Assembly (NCBI GenBank): GCA_963767945.1
Contig: CAVYGH010000011.1
Coordinates: forward strand, 98,896-162,895
Reading direction: 5' to 3'
Source of the DNA: an uncultured Chloroflexia bacterium
Lineage (GTDB): Bacteria; Chloroflexota; Limnocylindria; Limnocylindrales; CSP1-4
DNA: 64,000 nt
Of the stretch, positions 20,109-31,260 are shown piece after piece. Every line of letters starts with the position of its first letter. The first letter of the stretch is position 1. The notes beneath the pieces were generated by a model. It was not told where the DNA came from, searched no databases, and was given only the letters and a program-made list of their open reading frames with translations. Position numbers and translations under genes: made by a program.

Positions 20109-20960
20109 CCGACGCCCGTCGTCGACGCCCACCACCACCTCTGGGATCCAGCCCTCGCCGACTACCCGTGGATGACCGACGAGCTCGCCGCCATCCGCCG
20201 CCGGTTCGACGTCGACGACCTCGTGCCGCTGCTGGATGCCGCCGGCGTCGACGCCACGGTGCTGGTCCAGGCGCGCTCGTCGGCCGAGGAGAGCCGCGAG
20301 CTCCTCGCGACGGCCTCGGGGTCGGAGCGGATCGCCGGCGTCGTGGCCTGGGTCGACCTCGCGAACCCGGCGGTCGGTGACGAGCTCGCCGCGCTGCGCG
20401 ACGGACCGGGCGGCGATCGCCTGGTGGGCATCCGGCACCAGGTCCACGACGAGCCCGACCCCGATTGGCTCCTCCGCCCGGACGTCGTCCGGGGCCTCGT
20501 CGCCGTCGAGCGCGCGGGGCTGGTCTACGACCTGCTCGTGCGGATGCGGGAGCTGCCGGCGGCGCTCGAGATCGCGCGCACCCTGCCCGGACTGCGGCTC
20601 GTGATCGACCACCTCGCCAAGCCACCGATCCGCGACCGGGCCCTGTCGCCGTGGGCGGACCGCCTCGCGCCGGTGGCCGCCCTGCCCAACGTCTGGGGCA
20701 AGCTGTCCGGCCTGGTGACCGAGGCCGACTGGGCGTCGTGGACGGTCGACGACCTCCGCCCGTTCGTCGACCGGGCGCTCGAGGCCTTCGGGCCGGAGCG
20801 GCTGCTGTTCGGGTCCGACTGGCCGGTCTCGCTGCTCGCGGCGCCGTATCCGCGCGTCGTCGCGACCGCCAGGCTGCTGATCGAGGATCTCGGCGAGGCG
20901 GAGCGCGACGCCGTGATGGGCGGGACGGCGGTCGAGGTCTACGGCCTGCGGGTGCGCTGA
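20105..20960 (+). CDS. Amidohydrolase, L-fuconolactonase-like (frameshift in first codons)
   Basis: VDAHHHLWD..YPWM, VLVQA, GIRHQV, IDHLAKP, KLSGLVTEA, LFGSDWPV. Confidence 0.85.
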
Positions 20961-20967
20961 CCGCTGC

Positions 20968-21765
20968 CTAGTTCCGGTGGAGCGGGTCCGACAGGGCTCC
21001 GGCGAGCCAGCGCAGGTCGTCGATGAGGGCCGGGACGCGCTCGGGCGTCGCCCGGACCTTGAGCAGCGTGATGCTCGCGGCGCACGGACCCTCGCCCGGC
21101 TGGCGGGCCGGGATCATCATCCCGTAGCAGACGACGCCCTCCATCGTCTCCTCGTCGTCGATCGCGTAGCCGCGCTCGCGGATCTGGTCGAGGTCCGCGC
21201 GCAGCGACGCGACCGACGCGTGCGACCGCGCCGCCGGCTGCGCCAGCATCGTCAGGCCGTCCAGCCGCCGATCGAGCTCGGCGACCCGGGAGCGACGCCA
21301 GCGCGGCCTTGCCGGTCGCCGTGGAGAAGGCCGGCAGCCGGCGGCCGATCCCGGAGGTCAGGCGCACCGGCTGGCGCCCGTCGTGCCGCGCGAGGTAGGT
21401 GACCTCGAGCCCGTCGAGCACCGCGAACTGGACCGTCTCCTCGGAGGCGGCGGGCAGCTGGCGGGTCACGTCGTAGAACTCCTGGACCTGGTCCACCGAC
21501 GCGAGGTAGGCGCCGCCGAGCTCGGCCAGGCGTCGTCCCAGCGAGAAGCCCGTCCCGATGCGCCGGACGAGCCCGGCGTCGGCGAGCGCGCCGCAGATGT
21601 TCGCGATCGACGACTTCGGCAGGCCCAGACGCCGCGCGAGCTCGCTCGGCCCCACCGCGTCCGACGGCGGTCTCCGCGAGGACGTCGAGGATCAGCGGCT
21701 GCGCGGGTCACCGCCGGCGCGAGCGACTCCGGCTCCGTCTCGCGGTCGACCGTCGTGTCCGTCAT
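20968..21765 (-). CDS. IclR family transcriptional regulator (frameshifted)
   Basis: APAVTRA, GPSELARRLGLPKSS, ETVQFAVLDG, TATGKAAL, IRERGYAIDDEE over three frames. Confidence 0.85.
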
Positions 21766-21889
21766 CGGGCTCCGTTCCGCGCGGTCACCGCGGGCGCGGC
21801 GGGCTGGCGCCGGCCAGCAGGATGGACCGCGTACAACATATTGACTTCCGGGCTTGGCGGTCCCTAGACTGTTCAACCTACCGCCGGTC

Positions 21890-21905
21890 GTTCAGTATGC
21901 TGGAC
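21890..21905. promoter_or_regulatory. Probable IclR-type operator upstream of sugar ABC operon
   Basis: GTTCAGTATGCTGGAC, just downstream of TTGACT-N18-TAGACT promoter (21841-21870). Confidence 0.6.
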
Positions 21906-21937
21906 GAACCGGGCGGCGGTCAAGAGGAGGAGAGTGC

Positions 21938-23531
21938 GTGTCGCGGTTCAAATCGATCGCGCCCGCGGTCGGCATGGTTCTCGTGCTGGCGGCCTGTACA
22001 GCCCAGTCCCCGACGCCATCGCCCGCCGCATCCACCCCGGCATCGGCGCCGGCTCCGGCGTCCGCCGCCGCCCCGTCGGAACCCGCCGCCTCGGCCGAGG
22101 CGCCATCCCAGGCAGCGGCCTGCGCCACGGACGGCAAGTTCGCGGGCGCCAACGTCAACATCCTGACCTTCAACGGCCCGCAGGTCGCGGAGCCGCTGCA
22201 GCGTCGGGCCCCGGACTGGGAATGCCTCACCGGCGGCCACGTCAACGTCGTCGCGGTCGGCTTCCAGACCATCTACGACAAGGCGCTGCTCGACGCGTCG
22301 ACCGGCACCAACGCCTTCGACGCCTACGTGTTCAACCCGCAGTGGCTGGGCGACTTCGTCGGCCCGGGCTACCTGGCCGACCTGACCGATCGCGTGAACA
22401 ACGATCCCCAGCTCGACTGGCAGGACATCGGTCCCGTTCTTCCGGGACTTCAACGCGACCTACAACGGCAAGGTCTACACGATCCCGCTCGACGGCGACT
22501 TCCACATGGTCTATTACCGCAAGGACATCCTCGACAAGGATGGCGTCGCGGCGCCCAAGACGTGGGACGACTACCTGACCATCGCCGAGAAGTACAACGG
22601 CCAGGACCTCAACGGCGACGGCGAGCCCGACTACGGCTCGTGCATCGCCAAGAAGAAGGGCGCCCAGAGCTACTGGTGGATCATCTCGATCGCCGCCGGC
22701 CTGCTCCAGGGCAAGGGAACCAACGACGGCGCGTTCTTCGACACGTCGAACATGAACCCGCTCTTCGGACCCAACGAGGCGATGACCAAGGCCCTCGAGA
22801 CCTACGCGAAGACGGCGACCTTCGGCCCGCCGGACGAGCTGAACATGGACGTCGGCGGCACCCGCGGCCTGTTCACGACCGGGCGCTGCGCCCTGTCGAT
22901 GGACTGGGGCGACATCGGGACCCTGACGCCCGGCACGTACGCCCAGGACAAGACCGGCGCGACGATCACGCCGGGCTGGACGCAGGTCCTCGACCGCGCC
23001 ACGGGCAAGCTCGTGGCCTGTGACGCGACCACCTGCCCGAACGCCGTCGACGGCGTCAACTACGCCCCGTTCGCCTCGTTCGGCGGCTGGTCCGGCGCCC
23101 TGAACGCCGCATCGCCGAAGGAGAACCAGGACGCCGCGTACGACTTCCTGTCGTACATGAGCTCACCCGCGATCTCGGGCGAGGACGTCACGCTCGGCAA
23201 GACCGGCTACAACCCGTACCGGACGTCCCACTTCAGCAACCTCCAGCCGTGGATCGACGCGGGCCTCAGCGAGGAAGCCGCGACGAACTATCTTGGCGCC
23301 ATCAAGGCCAGCCTCGAGAACAAGAACATGGTGCTCGACCTCCGCATCCCGCTGACCAAGCGCTACGAGCAGGACGTGCTTGACACGGCCGTCTCGCAGT
23401 ACCTTGCCGGCGAGCTCGATGCCGCCGGCACCGAGCAGGCCATCGCCGATGGCTGGAACGCCATCACCGACGAGGCAGGCAAGGACCAGCAGCTCGCTGC
23501 GTACATCGCCAGCCTTGGCGTCGCGCGCTAG
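21938..23531 (+). CDS. Sugar ABC transporter substrate-binding lipoprotein (frameshift ~22433)
   Basis: GAGGAGG RBS, lipobox LVLAAC, Pro/Ala linker, PLDGDFHMVYYRKD, PKTWDDY, FGGW. Confidence 0.87.
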
Positions 23532-24664
23532 CGCCAACAGCCGCATCTCGCGCCGGGCGTCCACGACGCTCGGCGCGGTTCGTTCCGACGGCGCGGCCAG
23601 GTGGCTCTTCATCTGGCCCACCGTCATCGTCATCCTGTCGCTGTCGCTGTTCCCGCTGATCGCCTCGGTCGCCCTCTCCCTCTCGCGGCTCGCGTTCCGC
23701 AAGGGCGGCGTCGACCTCAAGTTCATCGGGTTCGCGAACTACCAGGACCTCCTGTTCGGCCTCGAGCGCAGCCACTTCCTGGGCGTGTTGAAGCCGCCCA
23801 ACGTGGTCGGCTGGCTCGTCGTCGGCGCGACGATCGTCGCTGGTGACCATCGCCTGGACGCGGGCGGTCCGCGGCGGCCGGTACGGGCCGTTCGGGCTCG
23901 TGCTGCGCCTGTTCGCCGGCCTGCTGCTGATCGGCTTCGTCTACGTCCTGGTCCAGGCGCTGCTCAGCGAGGGCGGCCGTCCCGGCGCCCTGATCGTGAC
24001 CCTGATCTTCGTGTTCGCCGGGATCGCCCTCCAGCTGACGCTCGGGCTCGGCCTCGCCCTGCTGGCGGTCCAGCAGGTGCCGTGGCGGAAGTTCTTCCGG
24101 GTCGTGTTCCTGATCCCGCTGACGATCACGCCGGTCGGCGTCGGCTACATGTTCCTGATGATGACCGACACATCGAAGGGTCCGCTGGAGCCCCTGTGGG
24201 TCCAGCTGGGGCTGCGCAACTTCACCTGGGTCACCGACCCGTGGCTCGCCCGGGCGGCGGTCGTGATCGGTGACACGTGGCAGTGGACCCCGTTCGTGTT
24301 CATCGTCCTGCTGGCCGCGCTCGAGGGCCTCGACCAGGAGGTCCACGAGGCCGCCCTCGTCGACGGCGCCAGCCGCTGGCAGTCGTTCCTGCACATCACG
24401 ATCCCGTCGCTGCTGCCGGTGATGACCACGATCGTCCTGATCCGCCTGATCGAGGGCTTCAAGATCATCGACATGCCCAACATCCTGCTGGGCGGCGGCC
24501 CGGGCACCGCGACGCAGTCGATGACGCTCCAGGCCTGGATCGACTGGAACACGCTCAACCTCGGGCGGAGCGCGGCCGTCGCCTACCTGCTGCTGATCCT
24601 CGTCACGATCGTCGCGACGCTCTACGTGAGCTACGTCCGGCGCCGGGTCACGACCCTCGCATGA
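23515..24664 (+). CDS. Carbohydrate ABC permease 1 (frameshift ~23840; start uncertain)
   Basis: WLFIWP, FIGFANY, DTWQWTPF, HEAALVDGAS (EAA), GGGPGTAT. Confidence 0.85.
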
Positions 24665-25686
24665 GCAACCCGTTCCGCCGCAAGTCCACGTCCGACCTGT
24701 CGCCGCCCGCGAAGTTCGTCGCGTTCCTGGCGCTGCTCGGCTGGACGTTCGTCGTCCTGTTCCCGATCTACTGGCTGTTCGTCACCTCGTTCAAGACGCC
24801 GTACCAGGTGGACAAGGGCCCGTTCTACATCCCGTTCGTCGACTTCGCCCCGACGCTCGACGCCTGGCGCTACATCCTGGTCGAGCTGGGCAACGACACC
24901 CTTCGGCCGTACGTGAACACCGTGATCGTCGGGCTGACGAGCTCGGTCATCGCGCTGATCCTGGGCTCGCTCACGGCGTACGCCCTGGTCCGGTTCACGT
25001 ACCGGCCCAAGGTGGCCCTGATCGGGCTGTTCATCCTGTGCGTCGCGCTGGCGTTCGTCGGGATGCTCCTCGGCGGGCCGCCGCCCCTGATGCTGGTCGC
25101 CGCCGGCGCGGTGTTCGCGATCCTCGCCCAGGCGGTCGGCCGCCGGTTCACGTGGGCCCTCGCGAACAGCGACATCGCGTTCTGGCTGATCTCGCAGCGG
25201 ATCCTGCCGCCGATCGCGATCGCCGTCCCGCTGTACGTGCTGTTCCAGCAGGTCGGCCTGATCGACAGCCTGCCCGCACTCATCGTGACCTACGTCGCCG
25301 CCAACATCCCGATCGTGGTCTGGCTCATGCGCGACTACTTCGCGTCGCTGCCGCGCGAGCTCGAGGAGTCGGCGGCGGTCGACGGGGCGTCGATCTACCG
25401 GATCGTCCGCTCGATCGTCCTGCCGATCTCCGTCCCGGGACTCGTGGCCACGTTCCTGATCGTGCTGATCTTCTCGTGGAACGAGTTCCTGATCGCGCTC
25501 GTGCTGACCAGCGCCGACGCCCAGACGATGCCGCTCCAGGTCGCGGCGCAGAACGCGACCCGCGGCCCGCAGTGGTGGGCGATGTCGGTGCTGATCCTGA
25601 TCATGATCGCGCCGGTCGTGGTCATGGCGATCCTGCTCGAGCGGTTCATCACGCGCGGCCTCCTGGTCGGCGCGCTCAAAGGCTGA
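24661..25686 (+). CDS. Carbohydrate ABC permease 2
   Basis: FPIYWLFVTSFK, LEESAAVDGAS (EAA), FSWNEF, RGLLVGALKG. Confidence 0.92.
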   Translation: MSNPFRRKSTSDLSPPAKFVAFLALLGWTFVVLFPIYWLFVTSFKTPYQVDKGPFYIPFVDFAPTLDAWRYILVELGNDTLRPYVNTVIVGLTSSVIALILGSLTAYALVRFTYRPKVALIGLFILCVALAFVGMLLGGPPPLMLVAAGAVFAILAQAVGRRFTWALANSDIAFWLISQRILPPIAIAVPLYVLFQQVGLIDSLPALIVTYVAANIPIVVWLMRDYFASLPRELEESAAVDGASIYRIVRSIVLPISVPGLVATFLIVLIFSWNEFLIALVLTSADAQTMPLQVAAQNATRGPQWWAMSVLILIMIAPVVVMAILLERFITRGLLVGALKG

Positions 25687-25707
25687 CCGGAGGTTGGACA
25701 CGGCGCA

Positions 25708-27003
25708 ATGACCCGGATCACCGAACTCGAGGTCGTCGACCTCCGCTTCCCGACGTCACGGGCGCTGGACGGCTCGGACGCGATGAACCCCGATCCGGAC
25801 TACTCCGCGGCCTACGTGATCCTCCGCACCGACGCGGGCGACGGGATCGAGGGCCACGGGCTCACGTTCACGATCGGCCGCGGGACGGAGGTGGTGGTGG
25901 CTGCCGTCGAGGCGCTGCGACCGCTGGTGGTGGGCCTGGACGTCGAGGCGACCGAGTCGGACCTCGGCGGGTTCTGGCGGGCGATCGTCGGGGACAGCCA
26001 GCTGCGCTGGATCGGGCCGGAGAAGGGGGCGATCCACCTCGCGACGGCGGCGGTCGTCAACGCGGTCTGGGACCTGGTCGCCAAGCGGGCCGGCAAGCCG
26101 GTCTGGCGCCTGCTCGCCGACATGACGCCGGCCGAGATCGTGGCGCTGGTCGACTTCCGGTACCTCACCGACGCGCTCACCCCGGAGCAGGCCCTCGCGC
26201 TGCTGGAGGACGCGGCTCCCGGGCGGGCGGCCCGCACCGCCGAGCTGCTGGCCGGTGGCTATCCCGCCTACACGACGTCGGTGGGCTGGCTGGGCTACGA
26301 CGACGCCAAGGTCCGGCGACTGGCGCGCGAGGCGCTGGCCGAGGGCTGGACCCGGTTCAAGATGAAGGTCGGCGCGGACGTCGAGGACGACGTGCGGCGG
26401 GCCGCGATCCTGCGCGAGGAGCTGGGGCCGGACCTCATGCTCGCGGTCGACGCGAACCAGCGCTGGGACGTGGGCTCGGCGATCGCGTGGATGGACCGGC
26501 TCCGTCCGTTCGACCCGTACTGGATCGAGGAGCCCACGAGCCCCGACGACGTCCTGGGGCACGCGGCGATCGCGCGCGGCGTGGCGCCCATCCGCGTCGC
26601 GACCGGCGAGCACGTCCAGAACCGGATCATGTTCAAGCAGTTCCTCGCGGCCGGCGCGATGGCCGTGTGCCAGATCGACGCCTGCCGGCTGGGCGGCGTC
26701 AACGAGGTGGTCGCCGTGCTGCTGCTGGCGGCGAGGTTCGGCGTGCCGGTGTGCCCGCACGCCGGCGGCGTCGGCCTGTGCGAGCTCGTCCAGCACCTCG
26801 CGGCGTTCGACTACATCGCGGTCAGCGGCTCGCTCGACGGCCGGATGATCGAGTACGTGGACCACCTGCACGAGCATTTCCTGGACCCGGTCGTCGTCCG
26901 CGGCGGCTCCTACGTCCTGCCATCACTGCCCGGCTATTCAGCCGAGATCCGGCCCGAGACGCTGGCCCGGTTCCGCTTCCCCGACGGGCCCGAGTGGGCG
27001 TGA
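25708..27003 (+). CDS. L-fuconate dehydratase (enolase superfamily, ENOSF1-like)
   Basis: [77 protein letters not shown]. Confidence 0.93.
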   Translation: MTRITELEVVDLRFPTSRALDGSDAMNPDPDYSAAYVILRTDAGDGIEGHGLTFTIGRGTEVVVAAVEALRPLVVGLDVEATESDLGGFWRAIVGDSQLRWIGPEKGAIHLATAAVVNAVWDLVAKRAGKPVWRLLADMTPAEIVALVDFRYLTDALTPEQALALLEDAAPGRAARTAELLAGGYPAYTTSVGWLGYDDAKVRRLAREALAEGWTRFKMKVGADVEDDVRRAAILREELGPDLMLAVDANQRWDVGSAIAWMDRLRPFDPYWIEEPTSPDDVLGHAAIARGVAPIRVATGEHVQNRIMFKQFLAAGAMAVCQIDACRLGGVNEVVAVLLLAARFGVPVCPHAGGVGLCELVQHLAAFDYIAVSGSLDGRMIEYVDHLHEHFLDPVVVRGGSYVLPSLPGYSAEIRPETLARFRFPDGPEWA

Positions 27004-27323
27004 GGCGGGTCGGCCAGGTCATCCGGGTCCGGCCGGAGGCGATCGACGAGTACGAGCGCCTGCACGCCGAGCCGTGGGATGGCGTCCTCGCGACGCTCCG
27101 CGACGCCAACATCCGCAACTACTCGATCTACCGCCACGGCGAGGTCCTGTTCGCCTACTTCGAGTACGCGGGCGACGACTTCGCGGCGGACATGGCGCGG
27201 ATCGCCGCGGATCCGGTCACCCAGGCGTGGTGGAAGCTCACCGACGCGATGCAGGAGCCGTACCCCGAGCGCGCGGAGGGCTCCTGGTGGCTCGACCTCC
27301 CCGAGGTGTTCCACCTGGACTAG
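27000..27323 (+). CDS. L-rhamnose mutarotase family protein
   Basis: EYERLHA.PW, IRNYSIY, LFAYFEY, TQAWW, EVFHLD; GTGA overlap. Confidence 0.88.
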   Translation: MRRVGQVIRVRPEAIDEYERLHAEPWDGVLATLRDANIRNYSIYRHGEVLFAYFEYAGDDFAADMARIAADPVTQAWWKLTDAMQEPYPERAEGSWWLDLPEVFHLD

Positions 27324-28465
27324 GGCGCGTAGCCCGTCAGCTCGACGTAGGCCTCTCCGCCAAGCGGCGCGCCTGCTCGAGTCGCCGTCACGACCTGCGA
27401 GCCCTCCCAGTACACGACGCCGGTCGACGCGCGCGTGTCGAGCTCCTGCTGGGCGACGGTCGGCCGGAGCTCGATCTCGAGGTCCTCGCCCGGCATCCGG
27501 ACCCGCCAGCCGGCGGGCCAGGTCGCGCCCGTCGCCGGGCTCGTCCAGGCGTCGGTCACCGCCACGGTGAAGTCGTCCGCACCCAGGCGGCGAGCCGTGC
27601 CGTCGGGATCGACGAGCGTCCCGTAGGCCAGCGGGTACGTGCCGTCCTCCGCCCGCACCAGCGACAGCGTCAGGTCCGTGCCGTCGTCGAGGTTGACGGC
27701 GAACCAGTCCCAGCCCCCGCCGCCGACCGAGATGAAGTCGCCCCACTGGTGGTCGAACCAGGCGTCGCCCTCGACCTCGAGGGTCTCGCCGCCCAGGGTC
27801 ACCGTCCCCGTCGCCGCCATGTCGGTGCGGCTGTAGTAGTACGACCCGCCGGCCGGCCCGAAGTCGATCCAGCCGTCGCCGTCGTGGAGCGCGGGCGGCT
27901 TGCGCGCGGTGAGGGCGAGGTCGAGGCCGAACCCGTCCACCGGGTCGCCGCCGACCTCGATCGCCGACGCCGTCGCCTGCAGCCGGTCCCGGCCGTCGCC
28001 GCCGGCCATCGTCCAGGGCGAGGCGCCCGCGTCCGTGCCGCCGACCGCGAACGAGAACCCGGGCTTCCCGTCGCTTCCCGTCGGCGACCGGTCCACCTGC
28101 GTCCCGATCTCGCTCCGCTGGGCGTAGTGGAACGCGCCGCCCGTCTCGTCGGTGAGTGCGACGTGCGACGCCCACGAGACGGGGAACCCGCCGCGCTCGG
28201 CGCGGAACACGACCAGCTCGAACCCGAACCGGCGCCCGTCCGCCGCCCGCAGGTGGCCGGTGTCGTACCACCACTCGGTCAACCGATCGTGCGGGGCGTC
28301 GTCAGCGGGCAGGACGACGGGACGAGGGTCCGCGGGCCTCGTGGTGGGCGTGGGCGCGGGTGTGAGGACCGGGTGCGCGGGCGGCGGGTTGGCGAGGACC
28401 GGGCCGCCGCAGGCGGCCACCACGCCGGCGAGGGCGAGCAGGGAAGGGAGCGCGCGCAGCCTCAT
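27320..28465 (-). CDS. AttH/CrtC-like lipocalin-fold lipoprotein
   Basis: Lipobox VVAAC, LPADDAPH..TEWWY.TGHL, SYYYS, AWFDHQWG, GWDWF, YWEG, AYVELTGY. Confidence 0.87.
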   Translation of the reverse strand: MRLRALPSLLALAGVVAACGGPVLANPPPAHPVLTPAPTPTTRPADPRPVVLPADDAPHDRLTEWWYDTGHLRAADGRRFGFELVVFRAERGGFPVSWASHVALTDETGGAFHYAQRSEIGTQVDRSPTGSDGKPGFSFAVGGTDAGASPWTMAGGDGRDRLQATASAIEVGGDPVDGFGLDLALTARKPPALHDGDGWIDFGPAGGSYYYSRTDMAATGTVTLGGETLEVEGDAWFDHQWGDFISVGGGGWDWFAVNLDDGTDLTLSLVRAEDGTYPLAYGTLVDPDGTARRLGADDFTVAVTDAWTSPATGATWPAGWRVRMPGEDLEIELRPTVAQQELDTRASTGVVYWEGSQVVTATRAGAPLGGEAYVELTGYAP

Positions 28466-30762
28466 CGCGCGGCCGCCTCGGCGTCGGCCTCGGAGCGCGG
28501 CAGCAGCCGGCCGATCGCCCGGTCGAGCCGCGCGGGCATCCACCAGTTCCAATGGCCGAGCAGGCGCATGGTCGCGGGGACGAGCAGGGCCCGGACCACG
28601 GTGGCGTCGAGGGCGACGGCGATCGCGATGCCGATCCCGAGGGCCTTGATCAGCACCATGTCGGCGAACGCGAACGAGCTCGCGACGACGATCACGATCA
28701 GGGCCGCCGACGACACGATCCGCCCGCTGCGCTCGAGGCCGCGCGCCACGGCTTCGGTGTTGTCGTGGGTCCGGTCCCAGGCCTCCTTCATCCGGCTGAG
28801 CAGGAACACCTCGTAGTCCATGGACAGGCCGAACAGGACGCAGAACAGGATCACCGGCTGGGTGGTCTCGACGAAGCCCAGGGGCTGGAAGCCGAGCAGC
28901 GCCGACAGGTTGCCGTCCTGGAAGATCCAGACCAGCGCGCCGAAGCTGGCCACGATCGAGAGCGTGTTCATCACGAGGGCCTTGATCGGCAGCACCACGG
29001 ACCGGAGGAGGGCGAACAGCACGAGAAACGTGGTCACGACGATGAACAGGGCCGTCCTCGGGAAGTCGGACCACACGCGGGACACGACGTCGTCGACGTC
29101 CGCCGCCCCGCCGCCGATCTGCACGGTCATCCCGGGTGGCGGCGCGAGCGGACCGGTCGGATCGCGCAGCTCGCGGACGAGCGTGCGCGCCTCGTCGCGG
29201 TTCGGCCCGTACGGCGTGTAGACCGTGAACGCCGTGAGGTTGCCCGTCGTCGTCGCGGCGAGGGCCGTCGCCACGAACCGGTCGGGCGGTCCACCGGGCG
29301 ACCCGTACAGCAGCTGGTACTGCTCGAGCGTCAGCCGCGGGTCGACGTCCACCAGCCCGACGACGCGGCTGATCCGCGGGTCGGCCTCGAGCCGCCGGCT
29401 GTACGCGTAGAGCTGCGCGACGTTGTCCGGGCTCGTCGCGTCGCCGGTCGTGCGGATCGCCAGCGCGAGCGGCGCGAACGCGCCCTCGCCGAACTCGCGG
29501 GCCAGGATGTCGTAGGCCTCGCGCGAGGGCACCGACGGCGGCAGGATCGTGGAATCCGGGGCGTTGAACCGGACGTGCAGGAAGGGCACGCCGAGGAGGA
29601 GCAGCAGCGACAGGGTCGGCACGAGCACCGCCACCGGGTGGCGCATCACCTTCCGGGCGAGCCGCGCCCACGGGCCGTCGGCGCCCGGCTCGGCGGTGAC
29701 GCCGCGGATGGCCAGGGCGTCGATGCGGCTGCCGACGATCGCGAGGATGGCGGGCAGCAGCGTCAGGGCCGACACGACGGCGAGGCCCACCACGATCGCC
29801 CCGGCGATGCCCACCGATCGCAGGATCATGAACTCGAACAGCACGAGCCCGAGCAGGCCGAGCAGGACCGTGAGGCCGGAGAAGAACACGGCCCGGCCGG
29901 CGGTCGCGACGGTCACCCGGACGGCCTCGGCGACCCGGTCCGGTCCCTCGCGGTGCGCCAGCTCCTCGCGGAAGCGGCTGGTCATCAGCAGCGAGTAGTC
30001 GATGCTCAGGCCGAGGCCCAGCAGCGTGGCCAGGTTGAGCACGAAGATGCTCATCGGGACCACCGACGCGACGAGGAAGATTCCCGCCAGGGCGACCACG
30101 ACCGCTGCGCCGCCGACCGCCAGCGGCACCCCCGCGGCCACCAGCGAGCCGAACACCAGCACGAGGGCGAGCGCCGCGAGCGGCAGCGAGATGACCTCGG
30201 ATCGCTGGAGGTCGGCCTCGGTCACGTGCTGGACGTCGCCGTAGAACGCCGGGCCGCCGCCCGTCCGGACGGTGAGGCCGGGAGCCTCGTGGAGCCGGGC
30301 GAGGACCTCGGGGATCGCGTCCGGCGAGTCGTCGGGCGGCAGGTCGAGGAAGACGATGTCGTACGCGGTGTGTCGGTCGGCGGAGACCTGGCTCGGGGCG
30401 AGGACGTGCGGCAGGATGCGGGTGACGTGGGGGGCGCCGCGGACGTCGCGCGTTGCCGCTTCCACCGCCGCCTGCCACTCGGGCGTGCCCGCGGTGAGGG
30501 TGTCGGAGGTGTACAGGAGGACGAAGGCCGAGGCCTCGACGCCGAGCTCGTCCTGGAGCACCTGCTTCGCCCGCGAGGACTCGAGGTCGTCGAGGATGAA
30601 GCCACCGGGCGAGAGCGCGGCCGGCGCCTGCGGCGCGAACGGGAGCGCGGCCAGCAGCACGACCGCCCACGCGGCCACGATCGGCCAGCGGCGGCGCACG
30701 GCGAACCGCCCGAGGGCGTCGAAGCTGGGCGACCGGCGTAACGTGCGTGTCACAAGTAGCAT
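28462..30762 (-). CDS. MMPL family (RND) transporter
   Basis: LVFGSLVAAGVPL, GLSIDYSLL..RFREEL, TAGRAVFFSG, FGLSMDYEVFLLSR, DATVVRALLVPA. Confidence 0.93.
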   Translation of the reverse strand: MLLVTRTLRRSPSFDALGRFAVRRRWPIVAAWAVVLLAALPFAPQAPAALSPGGFILDDLESSRAKQVLQDELGVEASAFVLLYTSDTLTAGTPEWQAAVEAATRDVRGAPHVTRILPHVLAPSQVSADRHTAYDIVFLDLPPDDSPDAIPEVLARLHEAPGLTVRTGGGPAFYGDVQHVTEADLQRSEVISLPLAALALVLVFGSLVAAGVPLAVGGAAVVVALAGIFLVASVVPMSIFVLNLATLLGLGLSIDYSLLMTSRFREELAHREGPDRVAEAVRVTVATAGRAVFFSGLTVLLGLLGLVLFEFMILRSVGIAGAIVVGLAVVSALTLLPAILAIVGSRIDALAIRGVTAEPGADGPWARLARKVMRHPVAVLVPTLSLLLLLGVPFLHVRFNAPDSTILPPSVPSREAYDILAREFGEGAFAPLALAIRTTGDATSPDNVAQLYAYSRRLEADPRISRVVGLVDVDPRLTLEQYQLLYGSPGGPPDRFVATALAATTTGNLTAFTVYTPYGPNRDEARTLVRELRDPTGPLAPPPGMTVQIGGGAADVDDVVSRVWSDFPRTALFIVVTTFLVLFALLRSVVLPIKALVMNTLSIVASFGALVWIFQDGNLSALLGFQPLGFVETTQPVILFCVLFGLSMDYEVFLLSRMKEAWDRTHDNTEAVARGLERSGRIVSSAALIVIVVASSFAFADMVLIKALGIGIAIAVALDATVVRALLVPATMRLLGHWNWWMPARLDRAIGRLLPRSEADAEAAAR

Positions 30763-30877
30763 GTTACACGGGACGCGATCCGGGCGCCCGTGGACGGAAG
30801 TCCCGTTCTGCTAGGATCGATCGGCCAGTCGACCTGGCCCGCCGACACGCCCAGCCATCCCCGACCGAGGCCTCCGC

Positions 30878-31213
30878 GTGACCGTCTTCACGATCTGGTT
30901 CCAGAACTTCCCGAACAACTTCGTGATCCTGATCGCAGCCTCCGCGATCTCGGCGGCGTTCATCTTCATCTTCCTCAAGTCCGCGATGGTCGCCGAGGGC
31001 GGCCGGCCGGGCTGGGTGAAGAAGGTGACCGGGCCGAACTCCAAGATCCTGTTCACGGTCCTGCTGATCCTGTGGGCGCTGGTGTTCGGCATCGGCCTGC
31101 AGCTGGTTCCCCACGAGGGCGCGAGCTCGCCCTACGGCGGCCTGGGGCTGATCTCGCTGTTCAGCGGGTTCTTCATCTTCATGGGCCTGATCTGGAGCGT
31201 CATCGGCGACTGA
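30878..31213 (+). CDS. Small 3-TM membrane protein
   Basis: Three hydrophobic segments, GC3-rich codons, GAGG RBS. Confidence 0.7.
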   Translation: MTVFTIWFQNFPNNFVILIAASAISAAFIFIFLKSAMVAEGGRPGWVKKVTGPNSKILFTVLLILWALVFGIGLQLVPHEGASSPYGGLGLISLFSGFFIFMGLIWSVIGD

Positions 31214-31260
31214 TCCGCGGCGTCGTCACGCGCCGCGCCGCTCCCGTGACCCAGGTCCCA

